Shown here piece after piece: positions 29,457 to 39,792 of a stretch of DNA of 64,000 nucleotides. The translations under genes and the position numbers were made by a program. Source of the stretch: Candidatus Heimdallarchaeota archaeon (GTDB taxonomy: Archaea; Asgardarchaeota; Heimdallarchaeia; Hodarchaeales; Hodarchaeaceae); NCBI GenBank assembly GCA_019057635.1, contig DXJL01000113.1, positions 1 to 64,000 on the forward strand, read 5' to 3'. How positions within the stretch are numbered: position 1 is the stretch's first letter; every line of letters starts with the position of its first letter. Below the pieces are notes generated by a model, which saw nothing but the letters and a program-made list of their open reading frames with translations, was not told where the DNA came from and did not search any database.

Positions 29457-30311
29457 TTAGTTGGTGACTTTTTCCCAGTAAGGGACCTTACCTGCGACAA
29501 ATTCTCGCATTATAACCTTAGCAGCTTCAATATAATTCAATTTTCCACCCTTAAGTATTAATCCCCTTCTTTTAGCAATATGATCTAGTATCTCTTGATT
29601 ACTTTCTTCTCGTGAAGGGATATCATACTTCTCTATAAATCCCTTAAAGTAATGCAGTCTTATTCGATCAAGAAAAAAATTAACAGTATCAATCGGATCT
29701 GGTAATTTCCCAATTTCATAAGCTCCCAGAAAAGCTTGCAGATTGATATCAGGAATATCGAATGGTACCACTCCTGGAGAGTCATAAATCAAGATTCTGT
29801 TCGAAATTCGGACTATTTGCTTATGACGTGTCACACCTGGTTTTTGACCTGTTGGTGCAACATGTTTTCCTCGCAAAATGTTTAATAAACTACTTTTCCC
29901 CGTATTTGGAATACCTACCAAAGAAATAACGGTTTCTCTTTTCGGAGATAACCGTGAAATTTGTTGTCTTAACTTTTTGGTCCCTAACCTATTTTGAGCT
30001 GAGATGTATACTGTAGGAAATTCTTTATTCAGAATTTGTTTGTTATTTTCACAGATATTTCTTGGAACAAGATCACACTTATTGAGTACAATTATCAAGG
30101 AGCATCCTAAAGTTGATATATGTTTTTCAATAGAGGAAACTCTAGTTAGATGGGGGAATCTTCCATCTACAACTTCTAAAATAACATCACTTGTCCTTAT
30201 AAGCTCGAATACCCAGCGATTTTCTTTTCTACGTCTCATGAATCTAAGACTCATTTCTTTTGTGTCATTTAGATAAGTAACGAAGAAATATGTTTGACTT
30301 TTTATGTTCAC
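29457..30311 (-). CDS. Circularly permuted ribosome-biogenesis GTPase (RbgA/YlqF/Nog2-like)
   Basis: G4 NKCD precedes G1 GIPNTGKSS, G2 PGVTR, G3 DSPG. Confidence 0.93.
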   Translation of the reverse strand: MNIKSQTYFFVTYLNDTKEMSLRFMRRRKENRWVFELIRTSDVILEVVDGRFPHLTRVSSIEKHISTLGCSLIIVLNKCDLVPRNICENNKQILNKEFPTVYISAQNRLGTKKLRQQISRLSPKRETVISLVGIPNTGKSSLLNILRGKHVAPTGQKPGVTRHKQIVRISNRILIYDSPGVVPFDIPDINLQAFLGAYEIGKLPDPIDTVNFFLDRIRLHYFKGFIEKYDIPSREESNQEILDHIAKRRGLILKGGKLNYIEAAKVIMREFVAGKVPYWEKVTN

Positions 30312-30586
30312 GTCAGACTTGTAAGGAGATGATTACCTTTAAATTCGACGTTATTACCTGTAATCCTAGACACACTTAAGCAAAGCATATAATTTATCAA
30401 ATAAATCCATTACCTATTTCAATTCAGTATTCCAATTTCAAAATTTTCACCATTCCAAAAAAAAAATAATTCATATAATAACAAAAAAATACTCATGTCA
30501 AAAGCAATATCATCAGAAGGAATAGGGCAAAAAACATTACTAGAATCATCTTTTGTTCGAAAGATCCTTTTTCTAGTAACTAAATC

Positions 30587-31048
30587 TTGATACAAAACAT
30601 AAATCTCCCTATTTCGAGGAAAGTATTGATCTTGACAGCTGAAAAAGACTACCTTGCTAGCTTAAAACGTGCACGGGAGAACCTGCCCGCTCACGTGTTT
30701 GAAAAGTCTCGTTTTGAAATTCCACAGGGTGATATCTTTCAAGAAGGAAATAGAACGTGGATCACTGATTGGAATCGAATCCTCAAAATTTTAAATCGTG
30801 AAAATGATGCTGATCACCTATCAAAACATTTAGCAGGAGAATTCGCAACCTCTGCGACCGAGGAACGAGGCCGTTTATTTCTGCAAGGCAAATTTTCAAG
30901 AACAATGGTCAATCGCGAGTTAGCAGCGTACGTCAAAGAATTCGTCCTGTGTGAAGAATGTGGAAAACCAGATACAAAACTCGTCCGAGAAGGAAGAATT
31001 CTGATAAAAGTTTGTGAAGCTTGTGGTGCCCGTGGAGCGGTCAAGTAA
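30587..31048 (+). CDS. eif2b: Translation initiation factor aIF2 beta
   Basis: RFEIP, YVKEFVLCEECGKPDT, CEACGA. Confidence 0.95.
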   Translation: MIQNINLPISRKVLILTAEKDYLASLKRARENLPAHVFEKSRFEIPQGDIFQEGNRTWITDWNRILKILNRENDADHLSKHLAGEFATSATEERGRLFLQGKFSRTMVNRELAAYVKEFVLCEECGKPDTKLVREGRILIKVCEACGARGAVK

Positions 31049-31376
31049 ACACAGTTCTGAACGAGTGTTTTTTAAAATTCACCGTAGGGATAGAACTGAA
31101 ATTCTTGCTATCTGTGATGAAGCCCTCCTGGGAAAAGAGCTGACCAATAACACTACTAGAATGAAAGTTCCAATTGGCTTTTATAAGGGTAGAGATATCT
31201 CTCAATCAGATGCCTTAGACTTAATGCGAAGATATGCAAATATTAATGCTTTAGGATCTGTTCTTGATTTAGGTATAAAAAACGAAATCATAAACGAAGA
31301 AGCAGTGATATGGTTTAACTCCGATGATGGTAGAAGAATTCCACATTTACTTATTTTCTCATTTCCTCCTATTTAA
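31014..31376 (+). CDS. DUF424 family protein
   Basis: LAICDEALLGK, FYKG, INALG motifs; usual neighbour of aIF2-beta and NMD3. Confidence 0.85.
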   Translation: MKLVVPVERSSKHSSERVFFKIHRRDRTEILAICDEALLGKELTNNTTRMKVPIGFYKGRDISQSDALDLMRRYANINALGSVLDLGIKNEIINEEAVIWFNSDDGRRIPHLLIFSFPPI

Positions 31377-31384
31377 TTGTTTCA

Positions 31385-32488
31385 GTGATGTTTATGTCTC
31401 CACAATGCATTGCGTGTGGGGAGAATGAAGAATTCTTCCAGCATTTGTGTCAATCATGTTATTTGGAATCCAATCCAATCTTGAAAAAAAAGAAGGATTT
31501 GGAATTTGTAGTATGTATGACTTGTGGTTTGCTTGCGTCCAAAGGCCATTGGACCAAATTTTTCATGAATGACTTGAATTCATCAAAAATCTATCCGAAA
31601 CTAGCGAATTTCGTGAATCAAGAATGGAAATTCCATTATCGTCCAAGTAAAATTGAAGTAAACCATACTGAGCGGATATATAATGAAGATGATGAATTAA
31701 TTTCTGTTCACGGGATGGTTGTTATTTCTGCTAGCCCTGATCCTTTTGTTCCTTTAACAACTATTCAAGAAGATTTTGTTATTAATATTAATTGGGGGGA
31801 TTGTTCTGATTGCCAAACACGCTCAAGTGGTTTATATATTTCTAAGATACAAGTAAGGTCTCAGAATGAAACTACATCAGAAGAATTAGATAATTGGGGT
31901 AGTGAAATAGATAAAATAAGTAAAGAATTCCCCCTTTCGGATGGTAAAAATCCCCTTTTCAGATTAATTCAAATTAAAAATGGTCTTGATGCTCTTTTCC
32001 GTTCTAAATCAGCGGCTCATTCTGTGGGGAGAATTTTCGCTAGAGATAAAGGTGGCCTTATTCAAGTAACGACTGAATTTGCTGGTTTTGATAAATCTAA
32101 ATCTAAGGAATACCCGAGGAAACAGGTTGTATCGGTTGCATTACCCAAGTATCGAGAAGGAGATTACATTCTAATCGATAAACATGTATTCAAAATAGAT
32201 GGATATTCAAATTTCAAAATAGCTTGCTTAGATGTCATGAATAAAACTCTAAGAAGAATGTCTATAAAATTATTCGATGAACTAAATCCAAAATCGCTAG
32301 ATATGGATTTTGAGGAATATCAGATAATTCACTTTGAAACAGCAGAAAATTTAGCTGAAATAATGAATTTATCGAGCTATGACACTCAATTTGTCGATTC
32401 GACTGAACTACAGACCTTCTCAGAAGGAGATACCTTTTGGGGAATAGTTTATGAAGGAAGAATTATACTGAAAAATCATTCCGATTAG
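31385..32488 (+). CDS. nmd3: NMD3 family ribosome-biogenesis protein
   Basis: CIAC..CQSC, CMTC, CSDC zinc sites; IQVR and NGLD motifs. Confidence 0.88.
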   Translation: MMFMSPQCIACGENEEFFQHLCQSCYLESNPILKKKKDLEFVVCMTCGLLASKGHWTKFFMNDLNSSKIYPKLANFVNQEWKFHYRPSKIEVNHTERIYNEDDELISVHGMVVISASPDPFVPLTTIQEDFVININWGDCSDCQTRSSGLYISKIQVRSQNETTSEELDNWGSEIDKISKEFPLSDGKNPLFRLIQIKNGLDALFRSKSAAHSVGRIFARDKGGLIQVTTEFAGFDKSKSKEYPRKQVVSVALPKYREGDYILIDKHVFKIDGYSNFKIACLDVMNKTLRRMSIKLFDELNPKSLDMDFEEYQIIHFETAENLAEIMNLSSYDTQFVDSTELQTFSEGDTFWGIVYEGRIILKNHSD

Positions 32489-32509
32489 AAAAGTGGTGGG
32501 ATTCAGGCA

Positions 32510-33892
32510 TTGAAATTTGATGAGAATCTGAAACAATACATCAATAGTATTCAGGTTGCTTCAAAGATTATCTCGTTTTATGAGAAGAAGCAAGTATCGT
32601 TAAGAAATGCAATGAAGATGTATCCAAAATTCTCGAGTGATGAGGACCGCTACTCGTATTCCCAAGTACATGCATTAGTCTTTGAAACTGTTCGTTTTCA
32701 AAATATTGCGAATCGGATAATTCACCAGCAGATACAAAATCAATTCGCACAGAAGATCCCAGTAAAAGTGAGAAATATTCTGAGAATTGTCATCTACCTT
32801 GTTGTCTTAGCACCAGAAAGTCCACAAAATCAATACTGGGATCTTTCTTGTCAAGATTTATTAAAATCACTTGATTTACAATTTTCAAAACACATTTTCT
32901 CTGATTTAAGTAATTATTTAAACAAGTGGAAGTTGGAAATCCTTCTTGACACAATCAATGATAAAGAGGAGAAACTTGGTGTACAGTTCGCCCATCCGAC
33001 TTGGTTAGTTCGTGATCTACTTAACTTCTATGGATTAGAACTGACTAAAAAAATTTTGGTGGCAAATAATAAGACATTACCAGTGTATTTGAGATTGAAT
33101 CTGTTGAAATTTGAGAGAAGTACGATTATTACTCAATTATCAAATGAAGGAGTTTCTATCGAACCAGATCCTATTCTGAATGATGTTGTGAAGGTTAAAT
33201 CAACAGAAATCCCCCTACCTCGCCTACCATCCTTTAAAAACGACTTATATTATATGCAAACAAAAGGTTCTTCTTTAATATCTCATATTCTAGACCCGAA
33301 AAAAGGAGAAAAGATACTTGATGCATGTGCCGCTCCAGGAGGAAAAACTACACACTTAGCCACTCTTCAAGGTGATTTAGGATTCATAGTTGCGACGGAC
33401 AATCATCACCGAAGAATGCAAGAGTTAGTAAGAAAAATTAATGTTTACAATCTGAAAAGCATTCATCCAGTGCTATTTGATATGAGAATAGACCGAGTCT
33501 TTCGAAACACTTTCGATAAAATTCTTCTCGATGCACCATGTTCAGGTTCTGGCACATTTTCTTCTCGCCCAGATGCAAAATGGAGAATAGATAGGCATCA
33601 AGTCAAATGGCTAAGTAATCTACAGTATTCTCTTTTGAATAATGTTTCAAAAATGTTAACCAAAAATCAATCTTCATACTTAATTTATTCCACATGTTCC
33701 CTCCTTCCGATGGAAAATGAAGATGTGATTGAGCAGTTCTTAACGACATGTCCTCAATTTGAATTAAAAACACAAAATTTGACCATTGGAACCCCAAGTC
33801 CGAAATTCCCACTTGCACAACGGTTATTCCCACATATTAATGAAACTGAAGGATTTTCAATCTTTAAAATTGGTTATAAAGAATTTAACTGA
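32510..33892 (+). CDS. RsmB/NOP2/NSUN family RNA m5C methyltransferase
   Basis: DACAAPGGKT, LLDAPCSGSG, YSTCS, ENE. Confidence 0.95.
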   Translation: MKFDENLKQYINSIQVASKIISFYEKKQVSLRNAMKMYPKFSSDEDRYSYSQVHALVFETVRFQNIANRIIHQQIQNQFAQKIPVKVRNILRIVIYLVVLAPESPQNQYWDLSCQDLLKSLDLQFSKHIFSDLSNYLNKWKLEILLDTINDKEEKLGVQFAHPTWLVRDLLNFYGLELTKKILVANNKTLPVYLRLNLLKFERSTIITQLSNEGVSIEPDPILNDVVKVKSTEIPLPRLPSFKNDLYYMQTKGSSLISHILDPKKGEKILDACAAPGGKTTHLATLQGDLGFIVATDNHHRRMQELVRKINVYNLKSIHPVLFDMRIDRVFRNTFDKILLDAPCSGSGTFSSRPDAKWRIDRHQVKWLSNLQYSLLNNVSKMLTKNQSSYLIYSTCSLLPMENEDVIEQFLTTCPQFELKTQNLTIGTPSPKFPLAQRLFPHINETEGFSIFKIGYKEFN

Positions 33893-36443
33893 AAAATTCC
33901 ATTAGGTTGACCTGGCCTGTAGATAATTCCTCGAGGTCGATATCTAATGCTCCTATTAATTGTTCAAAAATAGTATCAATCATTGATCTATAAGCTTTTA
34001 TATCAATCTTGGATTTTTGGGACATAAGTTCTAAAGCGGTGACTCTATCGGAATTTTTAGTCTTTACAAATCTAATAAAGCGTCCAGATTTTATGAACTC
34101 AGCTGGTACAGATTTATTTAGAGGTTTATTATGACGCTGTTTTTGAAACATCTCCTCCAGCTGCCAGGCTGCTTTTACATGTTGTGCATTTACTGCGTAC
34201 TTATGTAAAGGTTGTGTCATTTGCATAGAAATAGCAAGATCGTCATTTGAATATTTCCCTTTTTCTAATTTTCGATACACGCCACCAATATACTCTTTAA
34301 CACGAGCTTCTGCAGCATAAAACTCAGGTTCCGATTTGACCTCTGATAACCTCTTTAATACATTTTTAAATGCTTTTTGAAGAAATTGTGGTGTATTCCG
34401 TTTTTTTCCCATTAATCCCTTTACATCAATCTCTGAATTTGGATAAACACCAAAATAATTTTTCTTGCGTTGAGAAAGAACTACATAACGATAGGTCTTT
34501 TCTACTTCAAGACCTACTCCCAGTGACTCTTGACTCCAATTTATTATCTCTTGAATTTGCTCTTGTGTTGGGGATAGAAGAAAAACGGAGTCTGTATCTC
34601 CATAAAGAACTTTAATGTTTAAACTTTGAGCTTTGGAAATTGTCCGCTCAATAGAATCTCTTCCATAGGCAGTAGTAGCATCAGCAACAGGAAGACAGTA
34701 TAAGAGAAAACGATCACTTCCTAAAACACCGTAAGATGCATTAATTAAGACTTTAAGGCTTCTTTCCAGTATTTTATAATAATCCTGCTGAATTGACTTC
34801 TTTTTTGATTCTGGTTTCAACCATTGAACTCGAACATCTTTTATGAAACCGATAGTATCAGCGATAATTCCACGTTCTTTTTGACACACCCAATAGTTAG
34901 TTTGTGGAACTTTATTTTGTTTACATTCAGAATGATTACATAAAATTGTTTCATAGCTTAAATTAAAGGCACTTATGATGGAAGGGTAAAGAGAAGCAAA
35001 ATCTAAAACAGTAACATCAAAATGAAGCCCTGGAACTGGATCAATCACTGTTGCTCCTTTGTATTTTTTTCCTTTGATAATTGCTTCAGAACTTCTAAAT
35101 ATATTTTTTTCTTTTTGAATATCCGCTGCATTGGGGATCAAGTATTGTCTACGACGATGTTCAGAATAAAAAAGGCTCTGTACCCAATTCGATACTGCTG
35201 TTCTTGTTAAATCGTCAATGGGAGTACGTGTTATACGAGAGAGTACAAATATCAATTTCAGAGGAGTTTTATTATCAAATAAGAGAAGTTCAAGTGTTAT
35301 TTTCGCATCTCTTACACAATAGTGTATTAACTCCCATTCTGTAAGTTGAGCAATCTCTTTTTGAAGTTTAATCTTTCCTACACCCAACAATGCTGATGCA
35401 ATTGCATTTAGATTGGTTTCCTGATATTTATTTCCAAAAGCATAAGTACGAATGGCCACATTCTGATAAAACCGATAAAGATCAAGATGAATCCCATTTC
35501 TTAGGGTACATTCTCTATTACGCCTATTCCAAATAATAGGGCTAAACTTATTGACCTTTAATTCTCTAGCACGCTCATTTAAGTAAGGAAAATCAAAGTT
35601 ATCCCCATTAAACGTTACACAAATTGGATAATTATCTAGGATCTCAAATGCTCTTTTCAATAAATCTGCTTCATCCTTAAATCGAACTATGTCGATTGAT
35701 TGAGAATCATTGTCAATTTCTTGACCTTTTTCTACCTCTTCTCTCTCTAAAACGAGAGCAAAAGCACCATTTGAATTATCAGAGAAACAGATGCAGGTGA
35801 TCCTATGTTTTGGATCAGACGCTTGTGGAATCTGGTTTTCAGTATATTCGGTTTCAATATCACAAGACAGAATTGGAAAATCTGGTATTTCTTGCGTGAA
35901 ATCGATGATAAAATTATTCAAGAGGCCTTCATACTTTTCTAGGTGAGTCATTACCGCTGTTGGAAGCGTTAAATCAGAGTTTTGAGTACCTGGATTGAAG
36001 AATTCCTTTTTTTCTACATTCCATCTGTATTTCCTACCTGGGACGAGTTGTTGGTCATAAAGCCAGTTACGATGATATTTTATTCTTGATTCCCAAGTTT
36101 CTCCTAATATCTCTCTTACCTTCGGAACTTCACTGGGAGTAGGCGTGAATATTTGTGTAAACGTAGAATCTACATTGTGTAGTAAATCACGTTTTTCAAT
36201 AGTAGCAAGTCGCTTAATGGTTCGTGAAGATATATTCCTTGCCTTAATATCTTGAATGGATTCACTACTTAAACAATACGGTTCATGGTCAAATGGATCT
36301 GTAATATACACTATTTTACCTTTCTTGATATCAAGAAACTTTATTCCTGCTCCGTTGCTCTTCGCATCATAGACAGTGCTTAACAATAAATAATCTTTAT
36401 TCGCTTCCAGATTAAAATTATTTCCAGGTTTAATTTTACTCAT
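33885..36443 (-). CDS. polB: Family B DNA polymerase (PolB1-like)
   Basis: Exo DIET, FNGDNFDFPYL, YCVRD; pol DFASLYPSII, KVLINASYG, YGDTDS, KKNY; C-terminal PIP box QVNLMEFF. Confidence 0.96.
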   Translation of the reverse strand: MSKIKPGNNFNLEANKDYLLLSTVYDAKSNGAGIKFLDIKKGKIVYITDPFDHEPYCLSSESIQDIKARNISSRTIKRLATIEKRDLLHNVDSTFTQIFTPTPSEVPKVREILGETWESRIKYHRNWLYDQQLVPGRKYRWNVEKKEFFNPGTQNSDLTLPTAVMTHLEKYEGLLNNFIIDFTQEIPDFPILSCDIETEYTENQIPQASDPKHRITCICFSDNSNGAFALVLEREEVEKGQEIDNDSQSIDIVRFKDEADLLKRAFEILDNYPICVTFNGDNFDFPYLNERARELKVNKFSPIIWNRRNRECTLRNGIHLDLYRFYQNVAIRTYAFGNKYQETNLNAIASALLGVGKIKLQKEIAQLTEWELIHYCVRDAKITLELLLFDNKTPLKLIFVLSRITRTPIDDLTRTAVSNWVQSLFYSEHRRRQYLIPNAADIQKEKNIFRSSEAIIKGKKYKGATVIDPVPGLHFDVTVLDFASLYPSIISAFNLSYETILCNHSECKQNKVPQTNYWVCQKERGIIADTIGFIKDVRVQWLKPESKKKSIQQDYYKILERSLKVLINASYGVLGSDRFLLYCLPVADATTAYGRDSIERTISKAQSLNIKVLYGDTDSVFLLSPTQEQIQEIINWSQESLGVGLEVEKTYRYVVLSQRKKNYFGVYPNSEIDVKGLMGKKRNTPQFLQKAFKNVLKRLSEVKSEPEFYAAEARVKEYIGGVYRKLEKGKYSNDDLAISMQMTQPLHKYAVNAQHVKAAWQLEEMFQKQRHNKPLNKSVPAEFIKSGRFIRFVKTKNSDRVTALELMSQKSKIDIKAYRSMIDTIFEQLIGALDIDLEELSTGQVNLMEFFS

Positions 36444-36664
36444 CTAGGAAACTCCTAGGTCTCTAAGACGCCATTGAATGATTGATAACCTAATAGCTTA
36501 TACTGAGATTACATAACTTTTATGTTTTTATCCTAAAAAATCATTTTTTTTCACCTAAAAAATTATTAAAAGGAAATTTTTTAATTCCTTCATATATATT
36601 CCAATCTAACACTCATAAATCAGTTTGCAGAAGCAATCATTGGTCAAGATGGAAGTGAACACAT

Positions 36665-37009
36665 TTGTCTCAAGGAGAATTAAATGCTAAAAAAATTGAA
36701 ACTTTGACCAAAGTAGCTAGACTTCTAGGTGATCAGATTCAGGCTCAGAGTAGAGCAATAAATAAGATTCAAAATGAAATTGATTGGATAAAAGAATCTC
36801 TTAAAAGAATCACTAATGAAGAATTACCTGTAAAAGCTGAAGTGTTCCAAACAGAGGATGATATAACGCCTGAAATCATACAAGCTCAGGAACCTAGCGT
36901 TATTTCTTCTTCAGAAGAAGAAATAGATAAGACTACATCAAAAACTAAAAAGCGACCTTCTGAAAAAGAAGAACTTCTACAGGCATTAAAGATCATTGAT
37001 AATCTTTAA
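36665..37009 (+). CDS. Hypothetical coiled-coil protein with acidic linker and helical C-terminal motif
   Basis: 114 aa ORF with N-terminal heptads and tail EKEELLQALKIIDNL. Confidence 0.7.
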   Translation: MSQGELNAKKIETLTKVARLLGDQIQAQSRAINKIQNEIDWIKESLKRITNEELPVKAEVFQTEDDITPEIIQAQEPSVISSSEEEIDKTTSKTKKRPSEKEELLQALKIIDNL

Positions 37010-37049
37010 AAATAACTCAGTGGACTCGTGAAGAGTCTCGAAATAAAAT

Positions 37050-38723
37050 CTAGCGTAGAATATAGCGTACAAGTTGCTTAATATCTAAGGGAATCCCTTC
37101 TTTATTCCCTAATATGGTATTAGTGTAAGATCCGATTAGATCTGACCATTCCCATCTATCCAATTGGTATAGTTCTTCTTCTGGGGATTCTATCACTTTG
37201 ATGATCCGTCTATCAACATAATCATTCAATCGTCTTTGTAAATCCAATCTCTTTTCTGCAGGAATCCCTAGGATTTGGCTAATCTTTTCCTTTGATAGTG
37301 GTTGGTTGGTTCCCAGAAGAAAGAGGATCCAATTATCAGGAGACGCTAACAACGCTTTTACCACAGGACGGAGGTCTATATCCATCCCAACTGAAACACC
37401 ACCTGCTTTCATCGTGATTTCTTTGGTAACTTTGTAGCTTAGCTCTTTACCCCCATCACCTTGCTCTTTTAAATTCACAAGGCGTTCTTTTAACAGATTA
37501 ACTTCCTCACGAAGATTTGCAATGTCAGATGTTATTACCATACTGTCAGAGCTTTCTTCTAAAATTTCAGGTGAAACTGTTCCCCCTTCTCTCAACAGAT
37601 TCTTTAATTTTTCATTTTCTTGTCTTGTATCGATTAAAATTCTTTCAAATTCTAATAATTTCTCAGATAAGTCTTCAGCGAGTCGTTCATCAATTGCCCT
37701 GGACCAAGAAAGTTTTTCGTGAGTACTTTGTGTTGTACCTACAAGCTCTACTTCCAAATCCTCTTTGATTGCTTCTAATTCCTTTATACGAGCTTCTTGG
37801 CTCAATATTTTGTCTTTCAGCCTGTTTACTATCGATGCAGTATTTAAAATGACCTTGTTATCATCCACATTTGGAATTCGATAAACGGGTACTACACTTC
37901 CCCTATCCCAAATAGATGCGGTTTCATACCTAACCCCCAACTTCTCAATCAACTTAGCAATTTCACGAGTTTCATCATTATATCTGAACATGAAAAGATT
38001 TTCCTCATCACCCTCAAACCTGTACAATCGAGAAAATTTCAACCAGATTGTGACAAAATCCAAAACATCTTGTTCATCTTTACATTTGGAGACAGAAAGG
38101 ATTATTTGGGGAAAACTAGCTTGGAATTCTCCAGTAAACGCTTTAACAACCGCAGAGCAAAGCTGCACGGGAATTTTAACATAAAAACCTCGTTGATTCT
38201 GTGCAAGTTCGCCATCAGGACACAAGTTCACATCAAAAACAGAATCAAATGTTTCGATAAAACTCTCAATTTTTCCTCTTTGATCAGTTTGGTAGGTACC
38301 GGTCTGAAATACATTCTTGGATAGTGTAAATAATCCGAGAAGCTTAGCTAAAGAATTGCTCTTAGTTTTTACGGGAAGTTTTATTGGAAGCTGGCTCTTT
38401 TTATTCCCTATACTAGTGACTGTGAAAGAGGTCATAAAAAGTTCGCGTTCATTTTCAACTAATATGCGAAGTGTTGACAGAGGAATGGTCATTTTTGGAT
38501 TTGAACGGTATCGTGACCATTGTGTTCGACTAACAACTGGACCCAACGCTTTTTGCATTCTACTATGTTGGAATACGAATCGACGCCCAGCTAATGAAAG
38601 ATTTACTCTGGCCTCGTCTGGAAAGTTCTTTAATGACAACCATTCCTCGATTTCATGATCCATATCAAGTCTTGATCGTCTCTTAAAGACTTCTTCATGT
38701 AATTCTAATTTTTCGGACTCCAA
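37050..38723 (-). CDS. HTH + degenerate LAGLIDADG-like + coiled coil + winged-helix protein
   Basis: KLPVKTKSNSLAKLLGLF and DVLDFVTIWLKF..EIAKLIEKLGV resemble the two LAGLIDADG helices without catalytic acids; long heptad region; C-terminal wHTH. Confidence 0.55.
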   Translation of the reverse strand: MESEKLELHEEVFKRRSRLDMDHEIEEWLSLKNFPDEARVNLSLAGRRFVFQHSRMQKALGPVVSRTQWSRYRSNPKMTIPLSTLRILVENERELFMTSFTVTSIGNKKSQLPIKLPVKTKSNSLAKLLGLFTLSKNVFQTGTYQTDQRGKIESFIETFDSVFDVNLCPDGELAQNQRGFYVKIPVQLCSAVVKAFTGEFQASFPQIILSVSKCKDEQDVLDFVTIWLKFSRLYRFEGDEENLFMFRYNDETREIAKLIEKLGVRYETASIWDRGSVVPVYRIPNVDDNKVILNTASIVNRLKDKILSQEARIKELEAIKEDLEVELVGTTQSTHEKLSWSRAIDERLAEDLSEKLLEFERILIDTRQENEKLKNLLREGGTVSPEILEESSDSMVITSDIANLREEVNLLKERLVNLKEQGDGGKELSYKVTKEITMKAGGVSVGMDIDLRPVVKALLASPDNWILFLLGTNQPLSKEKISQILGIPAEKRLDLQRRLNDYVDRRIIKVIESPEEELYQLDRWEWSDLIGSYTNTILGNKEGIPLDIKQLVRYILR

Positions 38724-38908
38724 ATTATTACCTCACCCTGAAGTGATCACGATATTATAATGATCTTCTAATCTTATTTATTAAGCTAACAAATTCTTTC
38801 TTGAATGATAAATGTTTCTTTTCTGAAGTGTTTATATTAACTAACTAAGACTGCACCAGTGGCACAGTCATGATTTTTATGGTTAACGAAATTTATTTGA
38901 GCTAGTTT

Positions 38909-39685
38909 ATGATGATTGATTTTTACTTGGCACTATTAGATCCCATTTTTGACTTATTCTTGCTCATCTGGATATCATTAAATGATATCCTTATCGATCT
39001 TGTTGAGACTTTTGGAGTTTGGGGGCTTATATTCGCCATGGTTTTTCAATCCGTTGTTGCTCCAATTATATCTGAAGCAGTACTGACTGCAGCAGGATTT
39101 GGGTTTTATAATGCCTATGGGAACGAAGGTTTATTTTTAGCTTTTATTGGAGGGTTTATTGGTTCTCTCCTTGGAGCAGTAATCGCATTTTATATTGCAC
39201 GGGGAGTACAATCATTATTGAGAAAGAAGATAGTTGATGTTTACGGAACTAGAAAAGAGGACTCAGATTCTGAACTTAATCAAAGGAATCCACGATTAAC
39301 ACGATTAGCCAATTTCCTTGCTCGGTTTATTGATGAAGATTCCGAATACTTTTTTGATTTAATTGAAAATCATGGTTTTCTATTTGTATTAATTGGACGC
39401 CTAGCTCCATTTATCCCCTTTGATGCTGTTTCTTATGGGGCTGGCTTTACTCGGATAAGTTTCTGGAATTATTTTATCCCAACAATTATTGGAACGATTC
39501 CCAGGGTCTTATTTTATATTTATTTGGGTGCAGAGTTAGTTTCATGGGCTGAAGAAGATTTAAATATTTTCTTTCTAATCCTTTTAGCCTTTGCCCTAAT
39601 AATATTCAGTTTATATATGATGAGTATGCGTTTCCTAAAAAATAGGATCGGAAGAAAACGGGATATTGATAAATCTCATAACTAA
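38909..39685 (+). CDS. DedA/VTT (TVP38/TMEM64, SNARE-associated Golgi) membrane protein
   Basis: QSVVAPIISE, GSLLGAVIAFYIAR, GRLAPFIPFDAVSYGAG. Confidence 0.92.
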   Translation: MMIDFYLALLDPIFDLFLLIWISLNDILIDLVETFGVWGLIFAMVFQSVVAPIISEAVLTAAGFGFYNAYGNEGLFLAFIGGFIGSLLGAVIAFYIARGVQSLLRKKIVDVYGTRKEDSDSELNQRNPRLTRLANFLARFIDEDSEYFFDLIENHGFLFVLIGRLAPFIPFDAVSYGAGFTRISFWNYFIPTIIGTIPRVLFYIYLGAELVSWAEEDLNIFFLILLAFALIIFSLYMMSMRFLKNRIGRKRDIDKSHN

Positions 39686-39792
39686 TTAAATTAGTGGAAA
39701 ATACGTCTCAAAAATAAAACATCAGGGAGTTTATGAACCCCCTCCCTTGCTTGAAAATCATATCGGCTATAAGTGAATATTTATAGACCTTT

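Noticed and set aside
37050-38723. Active homing endonuclease or intein
   Set aside because: Catalytic acidic residues are missing, and no Cys/Ser start or His-Asn end splicing motifs are seen
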